From positions 2,666,001 through 2,730,000 of the forward strand of contig NW_026963317.1 in assembly GCF_036588685.1 (NCBI RefSeq): a DNA stretch of 64,000 nt, in the 5' to 3' direction. Positions 12,601 to 26,100 of the stretch are shown here, one piece after another (within the stretch, counting starts at the first letter, position 1; each line of letters starts with the position of its first letter). Source of the stretch: Mytilus trossulus. Taxonomy: Eukaryota. A model generated the notes under the pieces. That model searched no databases. It saw only the letters and a list, made by a program, of their open reading frames with translations, and was not told the origin of the DNA. The position numbers and the translations under genes were made by a program.

Positions 12601-15600
12601 TTGTTATTTTTGTTTTTTACAATTTACTCCATCTATCATTGTTCTTAAATTATTGGCAAAACATGGAAACATTTAATACTGTTAATTTAGGACAATAATT
12701 GTTTTAGCAGTTATCCAATGGTTTCAGTCAACCACTATTTAGAAAGGAAATCATGCATGTTTTCTTATAAAATCATCATTTAAGGATAATAACTCAAAAA
12801 GGGAGACAATTCTGAAATAAATGGAAACATTGGAAGGCATGTTGATTGTTTTCAATCATTTTTTCCCCTTAATCTCTTAATTTTTTTTTTCAATACCTAT
12901 ATCTATCTATAAAAATTTGGTGATGGAACAAAATGTAACAAACAAGATACTCAAATGAACAGGCAAGCCCAGCAGTTTGTTAAGTTAACGCATGACAAAG
13001 ATTACAGAGCAGGGCAAATAGGTATAAAGTGATGGCAAAAGCTCACATGTACTTTGTGTTCCCTATATCACCTAGAAGTCAAGTAGAAGTAGTCTGTAGA
13101 AGTAATTTATAATATAAGTATATAATAATATAATAATATATCTATTTAGAAATATATCTATTTATAATCTATTTTATAATATAAGTATACAATAATATAT
13201 CTATTTAGAAATATATCTATTTATAATCTATTTTATAATATATAAATATTGGTAGATTTTATTCATACATTATTTAATGTATTCTAAAACCTTTTGTCAT
13301 ATTTAATTTGAACATACCATGAAAATTTCAGCAAAAAATGTAATCTAAGCTGTTAAAACCGTTGTCATGTTAGAGTGCATGATAAAAACTCATTAACCAT
13401 ATCCATTACATATTAATTGACAGCTGGTTTTCTTCAAGTCAGGCAATGGTACTATTACTAACACTATATAATAGAGTCACACCACAGAAACAATCAGTCT
13501 GTTCTTAGTCATCATCCAGCATCCAGATCAAGATGAGTTACTACACCACAGTATTGACACTATTGTTCTTGGCAGAAATAGTTATGGGATCATGTGACAC
13601 AAAATTAGGTAAATAAAATTATATTTTTTTTTACTTTATAAAATAATTAAAATAAAGAATTATTGAAATGAAATCAAAATATTACGCATACATGTTGGAT
13701 TATGAACTTGCAAAAAGAATGTTATCAAAGATACTCAAATAAAACATTTCATAATGCAATATTTATTTTCAGGGTGTTCGCTTCTTAGTGATCTCCTCGA
13801 AATGGCAATGAAACATAAGAGTCCAGGTAAGTTTCATATAATTACATTAGATGTATGTTTCATTATAATTAATGATTCTGATTGGCTACTCTGATATCTT
13901 GCCATATCTTTCAGCAACTTCATTACACAATAAAATTTTATCATTCATGATGACACTAGGTTCCACAATGAAGTGCACAGGTAAATTAAATTAAAACTTG
14001 ATAAAAAACATGTTTTCATGATCATAGCTAAAAAAGTAATTATAAGTATTGAATGCTTCTTTTTGTAACTTCATAGGGTTGCAAAAGCTTTGACCGTGTG
14101 CACATTTTTAGAATGAAATGCAGAAGCGCTTCATACAAAATGTACTTCGGTCAACGCTTTTACACCCCAATGAAGTTACAAAAAGAAGCATTAAATTCTT
14201 CAATATATTTACTTTTAGGCTAAAACTGTGTTATTTGTACATTCAAAATGCTGCAAAACATAAACTTTGGTTTTATATTTAATCTATACATATATTTTCT
14301 TCTTTTATTTAACAAGTTTACAAAAAATGTAGTAAAACCTTTTTACCACAACAAACATGAATAACTGTATACTGGTGAATTCAATCATTATAACTGCATT
14401 AAAGGAGATGTTATGTATTTGTCAATGAGAGCCAATGACAGAATAAACTGAGTTGACTGCATTGAAAAAAAAGTAACTTGATGATTGATAACATTTCCCT
14501 CATTCTGAGGCTGGTACAAATATCATGCGAACATTTACAATAAAATCACATTCTATGTTTCATTACACCTTTTATTTCATGTCCTTCCATGTATATTTTC
14601 AGTTTTTACACTAGCAATCATAATCCATTAAAGTTGACTTATAAAAAATGAAACACTATAAGGCTTACAAACAGCAATTTTGATAGCTTTCAAGTTTCGT
14701 ACATACATTTTATTTTTATGTTCTCATACTTTCATTTTAGATAAAGGCTGTCAGTGTCTGAGTAGAACCACAATCCCAGCCTTTCAATCAATGCTGACTC
14801 AACCACAAACCCCTGGAGACAAAGGTGTTATCAAGTTTGATAAAGTTGTCACCAATATACGAAAAGGCTATAACCCAACCACTGGTATTTTTACCGCTCC
14901 AATTGCTGGAGTTTATCAGTTTTCTTATACTGTAATGACTCAGCCTGGAAAGCATCTGATTGTCTACCTTTCTCATAATAATATAAAGCAACAAACCACA
15001 TGGCTGAAAGGTACTAGTCATGAGACTGGAACAGCAATTACTATTTTAAACCTGAAGAAAGGGGATCAAGTTGATGTAAAGGTCCTGGGCAGGGACACTA
15101 TTAACAGTAATAGTGCTGACATACTTAGCTGGTTTTCTGGCTATCTCATAGCACAATAAAATATAATATACCTTGTTTTTTTCCATTTTAACTAGACTCT
15201 TTGAAGAGTCTGAGTCTATGACAGATATTACTTTAACATCTTATCGATTGCATTACAATAACTTTTCTAATTTAATGTAATCGATTACATTACAATTACA
15301 CCTAATTTCAAATGTAATTGTTTACATTAGATATTTTCTTTAGATAACTAATGAATACATTATATACTGTGGTATAGACTCTATGTACAACAATAAACAT
15401 CAGTCAACCACTATTTAGAAAGAAAATTATTCATGTATTTCTTATTAAATCATCATTTAAGGATGATAACTCAAAAATGGAGTCAATTGATTATTATTCT
15501 GAAATAACTTGAAACATTGGAACAGCATGCTGATCCTTTTGATCGAATTTCTTTTTTTCTCTTCCATCTCTCATAATTTTTTAACATAACCTGTAAACCA

Positions 15601-18600
15601 AAAATGAATCCTGACACAATCTTTTCTATATCTATCTATGACAGTTTGGTGATGGAACAAAATGTAACAAACTAGAAAGCAAAATTGAGATGATGAGGCC
15701 CAGCAGCTTCAGAGCAGACAAATTTTAATAAAGCAGGGGGAGATTACAGAGAAGAAAAGATATAAACAGATGAAAAGTGATGGCAAAAACTCATATGGAC
15801 CTTTTGATTCATATAATCTTTAAAGTCAAGGGTTCAATCAACTAAAAATAGTTAAGTGACACTTTCATTTTGTGATTCATCTGGGTATTTTTGTCTCTGG
15901 GCTGCTGTCACATTGACATAGAATCCACATCTAAATAAAATGTATTCCAGCATCATTTATCAAGGACAAAACTTGTATACTTCCAAAGTAAGTTCTGTAA
16001 TCATACTAAAAACAAGAATGTGTCCCCAGTACACGAATGCCCCGCTCGCACTATCATTTTCCATGTTCAGTGGACCGTGACATTGGGGTAAAAACTCTAA
16101 TTTGGCATTAAAATTAAAAAGATCATATCATAGGGAACATGTGTACCAAGTTTGAAGTCGATTGGACTTCAACTTCATCAAAAACTACCTTGACCAAAAA
16201 CTTTAACCTGAAGAGGGACAGACGGACGGACGAATGCACGGACGAACAGACGAATGGACGCACAGACCAGAAAATATAATGCCCCCCCTACTATCGTAGA
16301 TGGGGCATAAAAATCAGCAGAAAGTAATGTAATCTCAACTGTTAATATTGCTGCCATGTTATAGTGCATGACAGAAACTCATTAACCATATCCATTTCAT
16401 ATTAGTTGATAGCTTGTTTTCATCAAGTCAGGCGATTCTACCATTACTAACACTATATAAAAGAGTCACATCACAGAAACAATCAGTCTGTTCTTAGTCA
16501 CCATCAGCATCCAGATTAAGATGAGTTACTACACCACAGTATTGACACTGTTGTTCTTGGCAGAAATAGTTATGGGATCATGTGACACAAAATTAGGTAA
16601 ATAAATTTATATTTTTTTTTGCTTTATAAAATAATGAAAATATAGAATTATTGAAATGAAATCAAAATATTAAGCAGACATGTTGAATTATAAACTTGCA
16701 AAAAGACATTATCAAAGATACTCAAATCAAACATTTTATAATGCATTATTTATTTTCAGAGTGTTCACTTCTTGGTGATCTCCTAGAAATGGCAATGAAA
16801 CAAAAAAGTCCAGGTTAGTTCATATATAATTACTTTTAGGCTAAAAATGTGGTATTTGAAGTCAAAATGCTGCAAATGCGTAAACTTTGGTTTTATAATT
16901 AATCTTTACATAATTTATAACATAATTTATTCTTTTATATTACAAGTTTACAAAAAATGTAGTTTAAACCTTTTTACCACGACAAACATGAATAATTTGT
17001 TGCTGCTGAAAAATGAATTAAAGGAGATGTTATGTTTTTTGTCAATGAGATAGCAACCCAAATGACAAAAAAAACCTGAGTAGACTGCATTGAAAAAACA
17101 GTAACTTGATGATTTATTAAATTAAATTTCATTTTGAGGCTGGAACAATTATAATGTGAATGTTTACAATAAAATCCCTTTCATTACACATTTTATTTGC
17201 TATATTCTATGTACATTCTTTACAATAGCAATTTGAATATTTTTCAAGTTTTATTCATAACTGTTATTTTCATTTTCATTTTCTCTTTCTTACATTTTAG
17301 ATAAAGGCTGTCAGTGTCTGAGTAGAACCACAATCCCAGCCTTTCAATCAATGCTGACTCAACCACAAACCCCTGGAGACAAAGGTGTTATCAAGTTTGA
17401 TAAAGTTGTCACCAATACACAAAAAGGCTATAACCCAACTACTGGTATTTTTACTGCACCTGTAGCTGGAGTTTATCAGTTTTCTTATACAGTAATGACT
17501 CTAAAAGGAAAACATCTGGTTGTCTACCTTTCTCATAATAATATCAGGCAACAAACTACATGGCTGAAAGGTTCTAGTTATGAGACTGGAACAGCAAATA
17601 TTATATTAAATCTGAAGAAAGGAGACCAAGTTGCAGTGAAGTCTGAAGGCAGTTATACCATTCACACTGATAAAAATTACCCATATAGCTGGTTTTCTGG
17701 CTATCTCATAGCATAATAAAAGATATTATACTGCTACTTTTCTTTTTTATTATCACAAGATGCTAGAAAGAACCTTTGTCGCTCACCTAGGTCTATTTAC
17801 ATCTTCAACAATGGATACTCTTCAACCTCGTCCACAAGGAAAATAAACAGCTGTGCCATGAGCGCATGATACGCCCGACGTCTGGTACGGAAGTTTAATG
17901 CAATAATCATAAATAGTTTCTGAGAAAAATTTAAGCAATAACCATATATTGTTTTTGAGATAAGGCGGGAAATGTGAAACCCCCCCCTTTTTTTTTTTTT
18001 TTTACAAAAAACTAAATATCACTAAAATAAAATTTTGAAACATCACCAAAAAGTATACAGATCTTAAGATTGATATAACAAAGAAGTGTGTAGGTGTAAT
18101 GCCACCATTGATTTTCCCCTATTAGTCTTTATTAAATTTGCACTTTTCAAAAAAATGTGCAGAATTTATCTTTGTTTCAAATAAAGAAATACTTGGCATG
18201 AGTAAAGTTTTATCCTGTCCAGTACTATAGAAAAAAATTCACATAACATTTCATTGCATATAAGAAAATAACCATCATTGGAAGTTAACCAATCAAATGT
18301 CTCCCCTTATTTTATCTGTGTACAAGGTTTAGTCACCACGTAACCTCAAGATTACAAAATTTTCTATAGAAATCCCAAATAAAAAATAATGGTGTTTTGA
18401 AATACCCAAGACATATATGTTTATGACACAGAAATGTTTTTACTGCAATAAAATGTAGGATTAATTACCAACAACTGTCAAATTCAAGGGAATATATTTT
18501 TAGACCTACTTTCGTATACAACAGTATGTGACGTACCATGATTTGGTTGTATTACATCTAAAGAAGACATTATTGTTCAATAAACTGAATGTAATTTTTT

Positions 18601-21600
18601 CCTTTGTTATACTGGTTATTTCAAGCATTTCTGTCAAGTTTTGACATAATCAGTTCAATAGTTTGAGAAAAAATCTAGTATAATGAAAGACGACATCTAC
18701 AGCGATTCAAGCAAAATTCTTCAATAAATCCAAACCAAGCCGCATCAAGATAGAATAAAGGGTGGACCAATAAATGATCAAATATCTATCTTATCAGCCT
18801 ACAAACAGTTAAATATGAAACACAAGATGATTTTAGGAAGATAATTACCACTAATGTGTTTTGGAGACTCGATCCACTCAGAATATTTCATTTTTTGTAA
18901 TATTTCACTTAAATAGCAAGAAATTTTAACACATGAGATTACTCACAAGGTCAAAGGTGTATGTACAGCTTCCCATATTAAAGACATTATTGTTCAATAA
19001 ACTGAATATAACTTTTTTCCTTTGTTATACTGGTTATTTCAAGCATTTCTGTCAAGTTTTGACATAACCAGTTCAATAGTTTGAGAAAAATCTAGTATAA
19101 TGAAAGACGACATCTACAGCGATTCAATCAAAATTTCTTCGATAAATCCAAACCAAGCCGCATCAAGATAGAATAAAGGGTGGACCAATAAATGATCAAA
19201 TATCTATCTTATCAGCCTACAAACAGTTAAATATGAAACACAAGATGATTTTAGGAAGATAAATACCACTAATATGTTTTGGAGACTCGATCCACTGAAA
19301 ATATTTCATTTTTTGTAATATTTCACTTAAATAGCAAGAAATTTTAACACATGAGATTACTCACAAGGTCAAAGGTGCATGTACAGCTTCCCATATTAGG
19401 TGTAATACCACCATTGATTTTCCCCTATTAGTCTTTGTTAAATTTGCACTTTTCAAAAAAATGTGCAGAATTTATCTTTGTTTCAAATAAAGAAATAATT
19501 GGCATGAGTAAAGTTTTATCCTGTCCAGTACTATAAAAAAAATTCACATAACATTTCATTGCATATAAGAAAATAACCATCATTGGAAGTTAACCAATCA
19601 AATGTCTCCCCTTATTTTATCTGTGTACAAGGTTAAGTCACCACGTAACCTCAAGATTACAAAATTTTCTATAGAAATCCGAAATAAAAAATAATGGTGT
19701 TTTGAAATACCCAAGACATATGTTTATGACACAGAAATGTTTTTACTGCAATAAAATGTAGGATTAATTACCTACAACTGTCAAATTCAAGGGAATATTT
19801 TTTAGACCTACTTTCGTATACAACCGGATGTGACGTACCATGATTTGGTGGTATAACACCTAAAGAAGACATTATTGTTCAATAAACTGAATGCAACTTT
19901 TTTCCTTTGTTATAATGGTTATTTCGAGCATTTCTGTCAAGTTTTGACATAATCAGTTCAATAGTTTGAGAAAAATCTAGTATAATGAAAGACGACATCT
20001 ACAGCGATTCAAGCAAAATTTCTTCAATAAATCCAAACCAAGCCGCATCAAGATAGAATAAAGGGTGGACCAATGAATGATCAAATATCTATCTTATCAG
20101 CCTACAAACAGTTAAATATGATACACAAGATGATTTTAGGAAGATAAATACCACTAACGGACCTCTTTGTCTTCTTTATAAGGTCTCTTTTGGTCTATTT
20201 ATACCTCATATTTCCTCAAATTTCAAATTTTCAGGCCAATAAATAAAAATAATGGGGTAACTTTCACTCATTTATGGTAGAAATGTTATAAGAAATGAGT
20301 AATTGAAGCATTTTAGCAGAATGAACAATCCATATAAAAGTTTACTGTCTCTGCCGCGTTCCAGACAGCGACATAAAAGGCTTCTCTGTTAGTGAATAAT
20401 TTGTTGTTACAGCTTTAAAAATAATTTCATGTACTTATAACTATATATTTATTTAAGTATTTCCAAGGATAATGTTCTATCATAGCAGAATATAAGAAAT
20501 AAGGAGAAAAAGCCCCCCCCCCCCCCCAAAAAAAAAAAAAAAAAAAAAAAAAAAGACTATCAACTTAATATTCATGGTAGAGTCCTATTTCAAGACAATT
20601 TTCTCATAAAATGTGTTTTGGAGACTCGATCCACTGAGAATATTTCATTTTTTGTAATATTTCACTTAAATAGCAAGAAATTTTAACAGATTACTCATAA
20701 GGTCAAAGGTGCATGTACGGCTTCCCACATTAGGTGTAATACCACCATTGATTTTCCCCTATTAGTCTTTGTTAAATTTGCACTTTTCAAAAAAAATGTG
20801 CAGAATTTATCTTTGTTTCAAATAAAGAAATAATTGGCATGAGTAAAGTTTATCCTGTCCAGTAGTCTAGAAAAAAAATTCACATAACATTTCATTGCAT
20901 ATAAGAAAATAACCATCATTGGAAGTTAACCAATCAAATGTCTCCCCTTATTTTATCTGTGTACAAGGTTTAGTCACCATGTAACCTCAAGATTACAAAA
21001 TTTTCTATAGAAATCCCAAATAAAAAATAATGGTGTTTTGAAATACCCAAGACATATATGTTTATGACACAGAAATGTTTTTACTGCAATAAAATGTAGG
21101 ATTAATTACCAACAACTGTCAAATTCAAGGGAATATATTTTTAGACCTACTTTCGTATACAACAGTATGTGACGTACCATGATTTGGTGGTATTACATCT
21201 AAAGAAGACATTATTGTTCAATAAACTGAATGTAATTTTTTCCTTTGTTATACTGGTTATTTCAAGCATTTCTGTCAAGTTTTGACATAATCAGTTCAAT
21301 AGTTTGAGAAATATCTAGTATAATGAAAAACGACATCTACAGTGATTCAAGCAAAATTTCTTCAATAAATCCAAACCAAGCCGCATCAAGATAGAATAAA
21401 GGGTGGACCAATAAATGATCAAATATCTATCTTATCAGCCTACAAACAGTTTAATATGATACACAAGATGATTTTAGGAAGATAATTACCACTAATGTGT
21501 TTTGGAGACTCGATCCACTCAGAATATTTCATTTTTTGTAATATTTCACTTAAATAGCAAGAAATTTTAACACATCAGATTACTCACACGGTCAAAGGTG

Positions 21601-23158
21601 CATGTACAGCTTCCCATATTAAAGACATTATTGTTCAATAAACTGAATGTAACTTTTTTCCTTTGTTATACTGGTTATTTCAAGCATTTCTGTCAAGTTT
21701 TGACATAACCAGTTCAATAGTTTGAGAAAAATCTAGTATAATGAAAGACGACATCTACAGCGATTCAATCAAAATTTCTTCGATAAATCCAAACCAAGCC
21801 GCATCAAGATAGAATAAAGGGTGGACCAATAAATGATCAAATATCTATCTTATCAGCCTACAAACAGTTAAATATGAAACACAAGATGATTTTAGGAAGA
21901 TAAATACCACTAATATGTTTTGGAGACTCGATCCACTGAAAATATTTCATTTTTTGTAATATTTCACTTAAATAGCAAGAAATTTTAACACATGAGATTA
22001 CTCACAAGGTCAAAGGTGCATGTACAGCTTCCCATATTAGGTGTAATACCACCATTGATTTTCCCCTATTAGTCTTTGTTAAATTTGCACTTTTCAAAAA
22101 AATGTGCAGAATTTATCTTTGTTTCAAATAAAGAAATAATTGGCATGAGTAAAGTTTTATCCTGTCCAGTACTATAAAAAAAATTCACATAACATTTCAT
22201 TGCATATAAGAAAATAACCATCATTGGAAGTTAACCAATCAAATGTCTCCCCTTATTTTATCTGTGTACAAGGTTAAGTCACCACGTAACCTCAAGATTA
22301 CAAAATTTTCTATAGAAATCCGAAATAAAAAATAATGGTGTTTTGAAATACCCAAGACATATGTTTATGACACAGAAATGTTTTTACTGCAATAAAATGT
22401 AGGATTAATTACCTACAACTGTCAAATTCAAGGGAATATTTTTTAGACCTACTTTCGTATACAACCGGATGTGACGTACCATGATTTGGTGGTATAACAC
22501 CTAAAGAAGACATTATTGTTCAATAAACTGAATGTAACTTTTTTCCTTTGTTATAATGGTTATTTCGAGCATTTCTGTCAAGTTTTGACATAATCAGTTC
22601 AATAGTTTGAGAAAAATCTAGTATAATGAAAGACGACATCTACAGCGATTCAAGCAAAATTTCTTCAATAAATCCAAACCAAGCCGCATCAAGATAGAAT
22701 AAAGGGTGGACCAATGAATGATCAAATATCTATCTTATCAGCCTACAAACAGTTAAATATGATACACAAGATGATTTTAGGAAGATAAATACCACTAACG
22801 GACCTCTTTGTCTTCTTTATAAGGTCTCTTTTGGTCTATTTATACCTCATATTTCCTCAAATTTCAAATTTTCAGGCCAATAAATAAAAATAATGGGGTA
22901 ACTTTCACTCATTTATGGTAGAAATGTTATAAGAAATGAGTAATTGAAGCATTTTAGCAGAATGAACAATCCATATAAAAGTTTACTGTCTCTGTCGCGT
23001 TCTAGACAGCGACATAAAAGGCTTCTCTGTTAGTGAATAATTTGTTGTTACAGCTTTAAAAATAATTTCATGTACTTATAACTATATATTTATTTAAGTA
23101 TTTCCAAGGATAATGTTCTATCATAGCAGAATATAAGAAATAAGGAGAAAAAGCCCCC

Positions 23159-23189
<31 letters not shown>

Positions 23190-26100
23190 AAAAAAAAAAA
23201 AAAAAGACTATCAACTTAATATTCATGGTAGAGTCCTATTTCAAGACAATTTTCTCATAAAATGTGTTTTGGAGACTCGATCCACTGAGAATATTTCATT
23301 TTTTGTAATATTTCACTTAAATAGCAAGAAATTTTAACAGATTACTCATAAGGTCAAAGGTGCATGTACGGCTTCCCACATTAGGTGTAATACCACCATT
23401 GATTTTCCCCTATTAGTCTTTGTTAAATTTGCACTTTTCAAAAAAAATGTGCAGAATTTATCTTTGTTTCAAATAAAGAAATAATTGGCATGAGTAAAGT
23501 TTATCCTGTCCAGTAGTCTAGAAAAAAAATTCACATAACATTTCATTGCATATAAGAAAATAACCATCATTGGAAGTTAACCAATCAAATGTCTCCCCTT
23601 ATTTTATCTGTGTACAAGGTTTAGTCACCATGTAACCTCAAGATTACAAAATTTTCTATAGAAATCCCAAATAAAAAATAATGGTGTTTTGAAATACCCA
23701 AGACATATATGTTTATGACACAGAAATGTTTTTACTGCAATAAAATGTAGGATTAATTACCAACAACTGTCAAATTCAAGGGAATATATTTTTAGACCTA
23801 CTTTCGTATACAACAGTATGTGACGTACCATGATTTGGTGGTATTACATCTAAAGAAGACATTATTGTTCAATAAACTGAATGTAATTTTTTCCTTTGTT
23901 ATACTGGTTATTTCAAGCATTTCTGTCAAGTTTTGACATAATCAGTTCAATAGTTTGAGAAATATCTAGTATAATGAAAAACGACATCTACAGTGATTCA
24001 AGCAAAATTTCTTCAATAAATCCAAACCAAGCCGCATCAAGATAGAATAAAGGGTGGACCAATAAATGATCAAATATCTATCTTATCAGCCTACAAACAG
24101 TTTAATATGATACACAAGATGATTTTAGGAAGATAATTACCACTAATGTGTTTTGGAGACTCGATCCACTCAGAATATTTCATTTTTTGTAATATTTCAC
24201 TTAAATAGCAAGAAATTTTAACACATCAGATTACTCACACGGTCAAAGGTGCATGTACAGCTTCCCATATTAAAGACATTATTGTTCAATAAACTGAATG
24301 TAACTTTTTTCCTTTGTTATACTGGTTATTTCAAGCATTTCTGTCAAGTTTTGACATAACCAGTTCAATAGTTTGAGAAAAATCTAGTATAATGAAAGAC
24401 GACATCTACAGCGATTCAATCAAAATTTCTTCGATAAATCCAAACCAAGCCGCATCAAGATAGAATAAAGGGTGGACCAATAAATGATCAAATATCTATC
24501 TTATCAGCCTACAAACAGTTAAATATGAAACACAAGATGATTTTAGGAAGATAAATACTACTAATGTGTTTTGGAGACTCGATCCACTGAGAATATTTCA
24601 TTTTTTGTAATATTTCACTTAAATAGCAAGAAATTTTAACACATGAGATTACTCACAAGGTCAAAGGTGCATGTACAGCTTCCCATATTAGGTGTAATAC
24701 CACCATTGATTTTCCCCTATTAGTCTTTGTTAAATTTGCACTTTTCAAAAAAATGTGCAGAACTTATCTTTGTTTCAAATAAAGAAATAATTGGCATGAG
24801 TAAAGTTTTATCCTGTCCAGTACTATAAAAAAAATTCACATAACATTTCATTGCATATAAGAAAATAACCATCATTGGAAGTTAAGCAATCAAATGTCTC
24901 CCCTTATTTTATCTGTGTACAAGGTTTAGTCACCACGTAACCTCAAGATTACAAAATTTTCTTTAGAAATCCTAAATAAAAAATAATGGTGTTTTGAAAT
25001 ACCCAAGACATATGTTTATGACACAGAAATGTTTTTACTGCAATAAAATGTCGGATTTATTACCTACAACTGTCAAATTCAAGGGAATATTTTTTAGACC
25101 TACTTTCGTATACAACCGGATGAGACGTACCATGATTTGGTGGTATTACACCTAAAGAAGACATTATTGTTCAATAAACTGAATGTAACTTTTTTCCTTT
25201 GTTATACTGGTTATTTCAAGCATTTCTGTCAAGTTTTGACATAATCAGTTCAATAGTTTGAGAAAAATCTAGTATAATGAAAGACGACATCTACAGCGAT
25301 TCGAGCAGAATTTCTTCGATAAATCCAAACCAAGCCACATCAAGATAGAATAAAGGGTGGACCAATAAATGATCAAATATCTATCTTATCAGCCTACAAA
25401 CAGTTAAATATGATACACAAGATGATTTTAGGAAGATAAATACCACTAATGGACCTCTTTGTCTTCTTTATAAGGTCTGTTTTGGTCTATTTATACCTCA
25501 TATTTCCTCAAATTTCAACTTTTCAGGCCAATAAATAAAAATAATGAGGTAACTTTCACTCATTTATGGTAGAAATGTTATAAGAAATAAGTAATTGAAG
25601 CATTTTAGCAGAATGAAGAATCCATATAAAAGTTTACTGTCTCCGCCACGTTCCAGACAGCGACATAAAAGGCTTCTCTTTTAGTGAATAATTTGTTGTT
25701 ACAGCATTAAAAATAATTTCATGTACTTATAACTATATATTTATTTAAGTATTTCCAAGGATAATGTTCTATCATAGCAGAATATAAGAAATAATATATT
25801 TATTTACGTCAGGCGTATGAATTTTCCAGTTCAGGTAGCGGGCTAATTGTAATAACAATAGAGTAAGAAGTTCCGTTAGTATTTAAAGTCGTGCGTGCAC
25901 GAGAAAAGTTATCGACAAGGGTGGAGACCATCTGACGAGTAGTGTATTTGTGTATAGGAAGATTAATCTTCAGTATAACAGTTCATGCCTTATATATATG
26001 TAGAGTTCATATTTTAATTATGCGCATTTCTTTTGTAGATCGTATGTTAATTGAATGAACTGATGCCATTGTGTATTATTTGAATGAACTGAAACCATAG

